Source of the DNA: Octopus sinensis
Lineage: Eukaryota
NCBI RefSeq assembly: GCF_006345805.1
Contig: NC_043023.1
Location: 8,184,001-8,248,000, forward strand
Direction of reading: 5' to 3'
Length of the DNA: 64,000 nucleotides
The translations under genes and the position numbers were made by a program. This document shows positions 37,204 to 49,200 of this stretch, piece after piece (within the stretch, counting starts at the first letter, position 1; every line of letters starts with the position of its first letter). The notes under the pieces were generated by a model. It was not told the DNA's origin. It saw only the letters and a list, made by a program, of their open reading frames with translations, and made no database searches.

Positions 37204-39119
37204 ATGTTTATGTACATACAGAGTTATTCATACCAGACATATTGCATGCTGAGATTATGCAGCAGAGAAAAATTAAAAGTCCTTGTCCCCAGCAACAAAG
37301 CTAAATGAGGGTACGCTGCACTCAGTCCCTATTGCTTCATTAATCCATTACCATCAATACATGATGAATCGACTTCCCTTGTCCTTTCCCTACCTAATTC
37401 AACAGATTAACTACCCTTGCTGTATTTATCTACCTAACTTATTTACCTCAAGGACATGTATTACGAAGGACGAGATGGACGCTTCATTTTTATGCTGTTG
37501 CCGCATTATGTCGTACGCGAATGAGAGGATTTGCATCCCCAACGTAGAATTTTTGATGTAATACATGTCCTTGAGGTAGTAGTTGTGCGTGGCTGAAGAA
37601 GGCCATAGACACACATTATGCATTGTTATAAATCCGTCTAATAAAGGCCCGAAACATATGTACCGCTGAATCCTGGCATCATGTTTTTATTTTGATTAAT
37701 TTACTCCACCACCTACACCACCAAACGGTATATACAGGTGCTTACAATTATCAAGTACTCACCCTGAATTTCTGTACCCAACTAACTTATTTACCTGTAT
37801 TTGTATTAACATTGCATTGCATGAATGCCAGGATGCGGCACCCTCCACTGCTGGTGGTGACAATACCTGATTAACTCCTATTTACAGGTGTCCATAAACA
37901 ACCTTTTCAGATGCTGATAGCTGCAGTCAATGTAGGCACAGCAACAATCATCTCATCCTATGCGCTCCTCCCCCCACACACACAGACAACTGGGTCTGCC
38001 AAATGAACTGAAGGGCTACTTCTATGACACTCTTCTGCTGGCCACTTCAAAGATAAATGACTGTGACCTTATCTTCGTGGCCAGTGATTTCAATGGATAT
38101 GTTGGGCAGCACCGAGGTATCTTCCATGGGGGACGCAGATTTGGTTCCTGAAATGAGGGGAGTGCAAGGCTACTGGAGTTCTGTGGTGCAAATGACCAAA
38201 TAATCGCAACACTTGCTTCAGAAAGCTGGCCAGCCACTTGATAACCTATAAATCCAAGGTACATGCTCACCAAACTGACTACATTCTCACCCAAAAGCAG
38301 GATTCATGGCTGCTCATAAATGCAAAGGCCTTCAATAGAGAAGAATGTAGCCCACAGCATAGGTTACTCATTAGGGAGTTCAAGCTACTGGCTTGAAGGA
38401 TTCCAAGAAGCAAGCAAGTTTGGAAAAGAAGAGTATGGAAGCTGAAGGAACCTTCAATTAGTCAGAAATTTAGTGATGTCCTAAATGAAGCATATAATGG
38501 GAAGGAGGAGGAATTTCAGACTTGCAGCATTGAGGATAAGTGGAAGTTCCAATGGGACAACTTGCTGAGAGTTTCAGACCAAATCTGTGGCTGGTGCAAT
38601 GTCCCAGCCAGGCGTAGGGTGATGTGGTGGTGGAAAAGGGTAATTGACAGGGACAAGGATGGGAAGGGTGGTGGCAGCTGGGAGTTGTATCAGGCAGTTA
38701 GAAAGGAAGCTAGGAAGCAGGTATACTCAGCCATGAGTGAAGCAGAAAGGAAGAAGTTTGCCAATGTCTTGCAATGTGAGGAGCAGAGATTTGAAGTGTT
38801 TTGGCTTGCCAAGGAAAATTGTGATGTTGTGAGAGAGAAGTGTGTTCACATGGATGATGGCTCCCTTGCAGTTAGTGACTCTGCAAAGAAATAGGCTTGG
38901 AAGTGCCACTATGAAAGGCTCCTAAATGTAGAGAACGCGTGAGAGAAGGAGAGGCTGTCTAAAGTGGATCCAAGAGATCTGTTTGTTTTTTTTAGTTGTT
39001 CGAAGAAAAGTTCATTTCTATGTTTTCGTTTCTCATTGTGTTCGTTTTTTTTTATGTCTTGTACCCATATATGCATGTATATATATACATATATATATAT
39101 GTAGGTATGTACATATATT

Positions 39120-39151
<32 letters not shown>

Positions 39152-42100
39152 TTTCAGTGGCAATTTTGATTGTTATATGAATGTGTGTGTGTGTGTATAT
39201 ATGTGTGTGTGTGTGTGCATGTTACATCCATAACGTTAATATATTTATACATCTATATGTACAGTGATGTAAGGATGTGGACACTAACCAACTCCCCCGT
39301 TTTATGGATCCCTTATTAACATAGCAACATGAAAGGCTTACATTAAGTATATAATCCGTCTTTACTAGACTTGATCTGCTAATTATATTTTCACTCTTGT
39401 TCTAGTCCCCTAAAACATACTATATAGTGAGGGTAAATGAAGATGAGGCTGAAACTATCTGTTTATGACATCTTAATAGATTTATCATGTCCCTAACAAA
39501 TATCCATAGCGTGTTATAGAGGGACCTTACAGAAGGTTGACTACACTAACAAACATCAAATGTACATGATCAGGTTGATCAAGTACCCAGTAGAAGACAG
39601 CAATGACACATCCACCCTAATTTTCATGTACATTTTCAATTTTATATTTTACTTCCACAAAGGATTCAGTGAAACTGGATATTGAGAACAATCGTAAAAG
39701 AACACCCTTACTGGAAGCCATGTATGCAGCCCACCTCGGAATAGTCCATAAACTTATTATACATGGTGCGAACATGAATGCCGTCGACAATGATGGCAAT
39801 AATTGTTTGCACCTTTCCATAATAAAGAAAGGGATGTTTCATTCTGAGGTGGAACGCATTTACATTTTAGATAAGGTAAGTTTTAAAAATTGTTTGTGAA
39901 TGTGTGTGTGTGGTTGGTGTTGTTTTTATATATATATAATGTATTGAGTATTAAAGGAAGTAGTGAGTACTTAGTATGAAAGATTAAGAAAATGAGAGAG
40001 ACTGAAACAACGTGTTAACGATACAAGATACTTTATTCGACTGCCGTTGTTGTACAAGTTAATTGTTTTGGCGGGAAACAAAGTGAAAGTCCTTTTATCA
40101 AGGGAGACAATGGGCGACGTTGATTGTTCATGTTTGTTGTGATGATTATATAACATCTTCCCTTTTTTTTTTTTTTTAAATTTTTTTTATATCATCTGTA
40201 TCTACTGGGAATAATTATTCGTCGTCCACTTTTTGTGGTTTTATTATTTTGTAGTGTTGAATTCTGTAGTTGTGCTGTTTTTGTTTTTTCATGCGTGTTT
40301 GTTGACTTTGGAAATATATTTTCATAATCTAATTCTTCTGTTATGCGAACGTGTTCGTTTGTTTTAAGAATATGTTGTCTATTTCGTTTGACTGTATTTC
40401 CTTCCTCTGTTATTACTAAGTATGAACGAGGTTGCTCTAGTTTTTTAATTATTTTGCCCCTTCTAAACCAATTGTTGTTAAACTTAATTCTAACCGTGTC
40501 GTGTGGTATTAACTCTGGGAGTTCTGTTGTAATGTTTGATTTCTTCTTTTCGTGAGGCCTGATACCAATTTTGTCGTGTAATATGTTTGGGAGATTTGTT
40601 CGCAATGTTCTATTCATTATTTGATTTGCAGGGGATGGTGCACCATTTTGTAATTTAGTCGTGCGTAATGCTAAGAGCGCTAACTGAGGTTCTTCGTCAC
40701 TTTTGATTCTGAAATGAGTTCCGTATATAAACTGATGAAATTTCTTGCATGCGAAAACTATACTGAGAGCTTCGCTCTCTATCGGACAGTAGTTTTGTTC
40801 CGCTTGAGTTGTTGCACGAGATGCAAACGAAACAGGTAGCCATCTTTCGTTGTGTTTCTGCTCAAGTATCGCTCCGAGCCCATGCTTACTAGCATCTGTA
40901 GTTATTTTTATTGGTAGATCTGGATCATAAAATTGTAGCACTGGTTTTCTGGTAATCATTTCTTTTATCTTTTTTATTGCTTCGATTTGTGGTTTGTCGA
41001 ATGACCATAACGTGTCACTCTGTAGAAGCTGGCGCAATGGTGCTGTGACTTCGGAGTAATTAGATAAAAATTTACATAGGTAATTTGTCATACCTAGGAA
41101 TCTTTGTAATTCTTTTTACTTGTTGGCAGTGGCATGTGAATGATTGCTTGTACCTTGGTTGGATCTTGTTTTATCCCTTCGCTGGTTAATATATGCCCAA
41201 GGTACTTGATTTGTGATTCATAGAAGATACACTTTGATTTATTTAACTTTAATCCGTGCTTTCGGATTCGATCGAAAACTTGTTGTAGTCTATTTGTGTG
41301 TTCTTCTAAAGTGTTGGACCAGATTATGATGTCATCCTGTGAATTTCTTGCTCCTTCTATGCCCTCTATTATTTTTGAAATTTCTTTTTGGAAAACTTCA
41401 CTGGCGCTGTGAATTCCAAGGGTAGTCGTGTGAAGCGATACCTTCCAAAAGGTGTGTTGAACGTTAAAAGATGGGAGCTTTCTTCGTCAACTGGAATTTG
41501 CCAGTATCCATTAGATGCATCGAGTTTTGAAAAATATTTAGGGTTATGCATTTGTGCAAAAATGTCCTCTGCTGTAGGGAGTTTGAAATGTTGCCTTTTT
41601 ATGGCTTTGTTTAGATTCTTGGGGTCTAAACAGAGTCGGAGTTTTCCGTTGGCTTTTTCAACGATGACTAGGGAATTTACCCAGTCTGTAGGTTCACTAA
41701 CAGGTTTTATGATATCTAATTCTGTCATTCTTTTTAATTCTTTGTTGAGTTTTTCTTTTATAGAAAAAGGAACCGATCTTGGTGGATGAATTACAGGAGT
41801 TATTTGTGGATCCACTGTGATATGATGTGTTATTGACAAAGTGCCGATTTCTCCGAAACAGTCTTCATATTTTTCTAATATGTCGTTTGTGTTCGACGAA
41901 TTTATTTTTGAAATTCTCTGAATCAGGTTCAGATCTTTAGCTGTCTTTGCATCTATAACTGCGTGCGAGTTTGTTTTTGCAACAATGAATTTTATTTGCT
42001 TTGATAATTCTTTGTATTTAATGACTGCTGTGCATTTTCCTAGCACTTTTATAGCTGTGTTATTATAAGCTGATAATCGAGTTGAAGTTTTTTGCTGTTG

Positions 42101-44240
42101 TGGTTTTGGAATTATATTTCTATATTCTCTGAATGGCAGTACGGTTACGTCTGCTCCTGTATCTATTTTGAATGTTACATTCGAGTTGTTCACTTTTAGT
42201 TCGACCGTCCAAATGTCTTTTGGAGTCTTGAACTTTTCGATTTTGTGCACGCGGGAATTATTTGCAGTGATCATTTCGAGTGCATGTGTATCGTCATCTG
42301 ATTCATCGTCGGTATGTATCTCTACTTTATGTACAAATTTTCTTGATTTGCACATTTTTGCATAGTGTCCTTGTTTCTTGCATTTTTCACATGTCTTGTG
42401 AAATGCTGGGCATTTATTTCTTTTGTGATTATAACCACAATAGTGACAGTTAGTGACGTAGTGTTGACTTGGCGCTTGAAACTTCGCGGGCTTTCTGTCA
42501 CTTCCGCCTTGTTCGTTTTGATGTCTGGATTGCATATGGCAGGTTATTTGAGTTTTGGCGCCTTTTCTGTCGTGTTGACTATATACCCTCGAGATTTCGT
42601 TATCTCTTGTTTCGGATGTGGCATTTAGCATCCTTGATTGGAGTCGTGTTTGCTCTGCACTCTGACCTGCTTGAATTGTTTTTTGTAGGTCTAAATTTGG
42701 TTCTCTCAATAATCTTTCTCTTAATCTCATGTCTCTGATTCCACATATCAGAATATCTTTGGTGAGACTGTCTGTGAGGTTGCCGAATTCGCACTGTTGT
42801 GCCTTTTGGCACAATTCGTACTCATCGAATTTTTGATGTTCCGCTTGTCCACATGTGAAGAATTTGTGTCTTAGGAAAGTTATGTTTTTCCTGGGTTCAC
42901 AATATGCATCGAATTTTTCGATTACTGTCTGAAGGTTCATTTCTTCGTCGGGTGAATCGAAATCCAGTGTGGAATGGATATCTCGGCCTTTAGAACCGAT
43001 GCAAGTTAAAAACATTGAAGTTTTTACTTTGTCTGGCTTCATGTCACTTTCTGTTGCTATCAAAAAGAGATTGAATTCTTTTTTCCACTTTTTCCATGCT
43101 GCGGCTAGATTTTCCTGATTAAAGTCTAGGTCTTTTGGATGCGGTAAATTTTCCATTTCGTCTTTGAAGTATGATTTCAGCTTCTTTTTTCCTTTGGTTT
43201 CTGTATTTTGGGTTCTTTTAGTATTCTGACACCATGTTGTTTTTATATATATATAATGTATTGAGTATTAAAGGAAGTAGTGAGTACTTAGTATGAAAGA
43301 TTAAGAAAATGAGAGAGACTGAAACAACGTGTTAACGATACAAGATACTTTATTCGACTGCCGTTGTTGTACAAGTTAATTGTTTTGGCGGGAAACAAAG
43401 TGAAAGTCCTTTTATCAGGGAGACAATGGGCGACGTTGATTGTTCATGTTTGTTGTGATGATTATATAACAGTTGGCATTAGAAAGGGCATCCAACCACA
43501 GAAACCATGCCAAAACTGGCAATTGGACCCTGAGCTGCTCTGCAGTTGGCCAGCCCTTGCTGAACCATTGAACCCACACCAGCATGGAAAATGGACATTA
43601 AATGATGATGAGGAGGATGAGTAGAAGTGTGAGCTTGTGTGTGTGTGTGTGTGTAAGATAAAGAGAGAGAAATAGAGAAACGGGCAGACATTGCTTGCCA
43701 TGTCTATTCACTCCCATCCACCTCTCTTCCATTAGTATTAAGTAATCCAGTCAATCCAGATAACCCTAGTTATATTATGTAACTAACTATATTCCATCTC
43801 CTTTCACCCTCGAAGGCATGCTCTCTCCACTGTAAAGGAGGTAACCCATCTTGTTGGCTATATAAACACAGCCATCACAGTGTGAAGGAAAGGTGACCAA
43901 TGACAAAGAGGAGACATTCCCAAATAACAATGAAACAGGGAGGAGGAGAGGTCTGTGTGACATGAAAGACGATAACCTTTATAATGCTGGTGCCATGATA
44001 AATGCATCCAGACCATTCTGTGAAGAATTCTTCCCGAAACGACTCTTTATCACACATCTTGCACACAATGTGTATCCACTGGTTTCCTGTAGACATGTCA
44101 TCACAATGTTGAATGTTAGAACACTAGAGAATGGATACAATGAAGGAAGGTCCTTGGTGTGTTTTCCTGTATGTAGGTTGTGTATGTTCAACTACATATT
44201 TATCTGTCTCTCTCTCTCTCTCTTTCTTTCTGTATATATA

Positions 44241-44288
<48 letters not shown>

Positions 44289-46124
44289 AAATGCATCAAC
44301 ATGTATCCATCGGGAGATCTGATGGTATATATTGTCTACTGTTTCAGAATTCAACCAACTCTTTGATTCCCGTATAAATAAAGGTCATTACTGATGTGTG
44401 ACTCTATTTCAAACATTTGATGATCATATGTAAATTGTAGTAATGTCTACTTTGGTGAGAAGAAGCCACTCTTGCAGTCAGCTACCCACCCAACTGGAAT
44501 TGTCTAACAGTTTGAGCAGTTTATTAACTATAATGTGTTGGTGTGCTGCCTCAACTGTGACACTAATTCTTACTTCCTTTACTTCACCTTCATTATCCAA
44601 AGAGGTTTCTTTATTAATTATGGAAACGTTGTTATTTTTGGATATGTCTGTGTGGTGTTGCTTTTGTTGTTGTGTCTGTTCTAAGTATTCTCAGTTCTCA
44701 TGTAACTTGTTTGCTGTCATGTTGTTGTGTTATATTTATATATACAATACTCCTCCATATTTCTTGTGTGATGGCCATTTATGGATTCACCAAGCTAGTT
44801 GAATAGATAGGTTGTTGTTAGTTTGTTGTGTTCTAATATTTGTGATGTTTGTTCCATTATATTCCATATATTTGACTTGATGCTATGATTTGGTTTTAAA
44901 TTGTTTTTTATTGAATATCTTGTGATATTTGTGATTGGCAAATGATTATTTACGCATTAATTACCAATAAACTTGATGTTAATCAGTAATGTTTGTTCTG
45001 TTTAATATAATGACCATATATATAAAATATGTCATAATGTTGAGAATAGACTAAAAACAAATGAAAATGGGAAATGGATTCAATTAGAGATGATGTCGGA
45101 ACTTAATATTGTGCAATCAGTTTAAGCGCTGGAGATACAAACTATTTGTATACGTAGTTGAACTGTTGTGTAATTTGGGTATCTACGAAGTATATTTGTG
45201 AAATATTGTAATCATCATTTTATACTTTGTCATTTGTAGTGCTGTGCTAAGCTTGGGTTGCCGATCGAAAAGAGGCTCTCTGGTGTAGGAGTCGCTGGCT
45301 ATCTAGCCCACCAGGGGGCCAACTTGTACAGGAAAAATAATAAGAATGTAGCTCCATTGGACCTCATTGGGGATGCAGATTTGAAAGAAAAATTTAAAGA
45401 ATTATTCCCCCCACCACAGTAAGTATTCGTTGGCAGTGACAGTTTATTTTCTATTTTGTATATAATCATGTTTATGTTTGTTTAATTTTAATTCTACCAA
45501 TACATTATACTGCCATAGTGTCTTGATCAAAGGCCACACAACAATAGTATGAAGAACAATAAACAAAATGCAGTTGTTATGTGATCCAATGAAGAGCACT
45601 GTTTTGGTTGGTAGTTGTACCTCACTGTCTACCACCACCCATCTACCTTTCTTAGTTCCCTATTTTAAAGATTTGTGACCAATAAGAAAATGTAGAACTA
45701 AACAGTGAAGTGAATGAACAGATTTTGAAGTTGTTACATAAAAACAAATGGAATTTATCTGTCTACCAACATGTTCTCTCTCTTCTCTGTTCCAATCAGT
45801 TCATTATTATGAAAGGTTTCGTAAGAAAATAAACTACACACCCAAACAGCGTGTGTATATATATCATCAACATCATTATCATCATTGCTTAACGTCCATT
45901 TCCATCCTGGCATGAATTGGATGGTTTGAAAGGGAGCCCGCCAGAAGTCTACACCAAACTTCTGTCTGTTTTGGCATGCCCAGCAGAGTGGACTGAGTAA
46001 CACCAGCGCAGGCAAGGCCAGTTTTGGAATGGTTTTTACAGCTGGATGTCCTTCCAAATGCCAGCCATTTTACAGTGTGGACTGGATGCTTTTTATGTGG
46101 CACCAGCACTGGCAGGGTCACCAA

Positions 46125-46219
<95 letters not shown>

Positions 46220-49200
46220 TATTTCTGTTAATATTGCTAGAACACTGACACACATCTTCACAGAATAAAATTGCCAGGAAACATAAATCGTTCTGGTAAC
46301 ACCTATACCATTCTTAGTCTTTTAGGCTTCTTGGTCACATTAGACTCCTGTATTTCATAAGTTTTAGCTGTTACTTTGCCATATATTTGTTAGCTGCTGA
46401 TGAACAAGACACATTATTCTCTGTGAGAATATGCATAACTTTCTTTGTCTGTTGAAATTCAGATATTGTCTTTAGATGTTGATTTCTGAACTGTATAAAT
46501 ATAGCTCTGTTTTATCCGATAGACAAGCATTGGTTGGACTTATTTATTAGCAAATAATCTTTTATGCAAATATTGTAATAACATAATGCATACAGAGCTG
46601 AGGTGTACTACAACTTACTGGGAAAGGGTAAAAGAGGGGATGGAAAGCAGTGCTTAGTCAAGTAAAGAAATACCGTTATGAAAGCTAGGAGTACATGCAC
46701 GATACATAGAATAAAACACAAAAAACAGAAAGGCTAACAGTAAAAGAGGCATAAAAAGGTACATCAGGAGTGTAGTGGTCTATGTAGCTAAATAGTTGAA
46801 TGATCTCCCTTGCAAGAAAGCATATAGAGTAACCTCCCTTTACAAAGTTTCTAGCAGCATCTGTGTCATCAGATGTGATTCTTAATTATTCAAGTATCTT
46901 AGCATTTCTCTTGGTAGTTTCTAGAATATCTAGCATTCCATTCATAAAAACAGCTTGCTAACCTGCTCTTTGCTTCTTAGTCGATTAGACTTAGAGCCAT
47001 TCACGTCATTGCTATGTCCGTCTGTTTCTCTACGCCACATGGCTGAAAACCACCACTTGGCTATTATTTCTATATTTCCTATCTCTGAACTTTCTTGTAT
47101 AGATTATTTCATTCAACTAGATGCTACATATTAATTCTGTGTATCGTCATCGACCAGTAAATAAAATATATTTTTCCGTAGTAAATATATAGGTCTTGAA
47201 TTTATTCTTCATCTCTTTATGAACTCTTGTAAATAACATACACGCAGCCACATCAACACCTTGTACTGGCTATATATCCTCGGTAAGAAAAGAATATTTT
47301 GAAGGATGCCGTATCCTGACAGCTAACAGCTGACTCAGGTGGTTTGTTGTGTGTTTAAATAATTCTGAGTGAGATAAAGTATTTCACACTGTTTTTTATT
47401 TTAATTTTATAGGAATGTCTGCTGCTGGCTGAGATTTTCAATTCAAAAATGTTGCCAAAGTTGTTGTTGGCAAGATTATGTATAAACCTAAGGGATTATA
47501 CCAGATTAGCTGCTAGACTTCAAAACTTTAGTGTGCTAATACCCAGAGAAACAATACATTCAGTATATGGTGACTAACAGAGAGTATTTGCCTGGTTTGG
47601 AGATCAGATTGAAGCAAAGGTATATAGCATCTAATAAGATGTCAATACCCAGAGAAGCAATATATTCAAGATATGGTAACTAAGAGAGAGCATTTGCCTT
47701 GTTGTTCTTCTCTGAATAGATATTCTGGACAGGATGGGGATTCCAGATTGGAAATGTAAACTGTAAGTGTAGACGTATGATAGCCAGGCATAATTTTAAA
47801 CTGATAACTTGACAAATTGACGGGCAGAGGTTTTACTGAGCAATACTTTGATATTTCTGATGATTTTTAGAAATGTGGTTCATGCATTACACATCATTGT
47901 TGACATTAATGTCACGGTCAAGTTCACCTGCAGACTTTTGAAGTTTGCTGTTCTGGAGAGAGTTGGTAAATTTTGGAATTTTCATTCCAAAGTGTATAGT
48001 GGTGCACCATTCTATGGCCAGCTTGAGTTTGCAATCAGCAGTGCATTGCTGCATTGTATCCAGGTCAGATTGAAGAAAGGATCTATAGCAGATAGTTGGC
48101 ATGTATTTAGCTGATACATAGAAGGAGCAAGAGAAAACCAAGAGTAGTTCCTTGTAGGTCTTCTGTGTTGGGTGCAGAATGTTAGCTTAGTGTTGTGACT
48201 CTGTCTTTTCAACTGAGAATGTAAGTATTTTAAGCAGTTATATAATTTAGTCCTCGCACCCATTCCAGACAGTTGTGCCGTAATTGATCACTGTGGCATG
48301 GAATTAAAGACTTTGGTGAAGTTGATAGAGATAATATCCACCCATGAACCACCATCTGTGAAGAAATTCAATGCAGCAACAGTTAGGGATAAATCGAAAT
48401 GGTTGGAGTTTGAATAAGCTTATGAGGGTTCCAGATGTTCCAAAATGTCTTCCTGTAGATCCATTAATTCTGTGAGACTGACTGGATGGTAATCAACAGG
48501 GGATGTCTGGTCACTCCCTTTTTGAACGGGGGAGAATACTGGCAACTTTCCATTAAACTGGGCTAAGTTGAATTAGAAGAGGACAAAAAGCTGGTGCAGT
48601 AGAAAAAGGGTGCACCCTTTGAGAAGCAGATGAATAACACCACCAAGACAAGAGGAAGCATAATTGCACATATGCTTCAATTAGCATTGCGATATTGCAG
48701 AATTCAACAGGTTTTATGGAATTTGATCTCAGTAGCAGTGAAAACGGTACATTTGTCACTCCTTTAATATGGCAGGGTACCATGTTGCTCCTTCTTCTTT
48801 AATCACGTCCAGCATCTCATCGATATTTCCTGGCAGTCTCTCACATATTCAGGCTTCTAAAATGTTTCTATGGCACCGACACTTATTCATGAATTAAGGA
48901 TGGATGTGCTGAAGGTTAGTCTTGACATCTCCAGAATTGTAAAGTCGAAGCCAGTCAGAGAACTATACCTCAGTACAGTCGGAGTTCCAGGAAAACAAAG
49001 CAGTTTGGAAGTTATGGTGGCTTTTCTTTCTATCCATTAGAAATATTTTTGCAAGATTGGTGTATGATCAGAGTCACCTAAGGGTTCATCACTATTGAGG
49101 CTGATAATTTCAGGAGCAGTGGTAAATAGCAGATCGAAAGTGTTGTTAACTCTTATGGGAGAGAGACTGCTTGGGATTAGTTTGAATCTAACATTAAATG

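Larger units (their letters stand above)
39918..43471 (-). mobile_element. Ty3/Gypsy LTR retrotransposon, internally deleted, 5-bp TSD GTTGG
   Basis: TG...CA LTRs 39918-40155 and 43235-43471; TSD 39913-17 / 43472-76; PBS TGGTGTCAGAA (43221-34); PPT 40156-77. Confidence 0.97.

Noticed and set aside
41388-42812. Plus-strand ORFs overlapping the Gypsy element
   Set aside because: Antisense shadows of gag-pol with no independent features.
43893-44366. 157-aa ORF as a host gene exon
   Set aside because: Ends in microsatellite; its LNVRTL segment looks like a decayed LINE endonuclease start; does not fit the exon phases.
46833-46880. Minus-strand CTGATGA...GAAA-CTTTG-TA hammerhead
   Set aside because: Stems I and II do not pair.
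47413-47577. Extra exon after a strong acceptor (ttttatag|GAATGT...)
   Set aside because: Runs to a stop with no domain similarity, and exon 7 already joins the RING exon in frame (PPPQCMLC).
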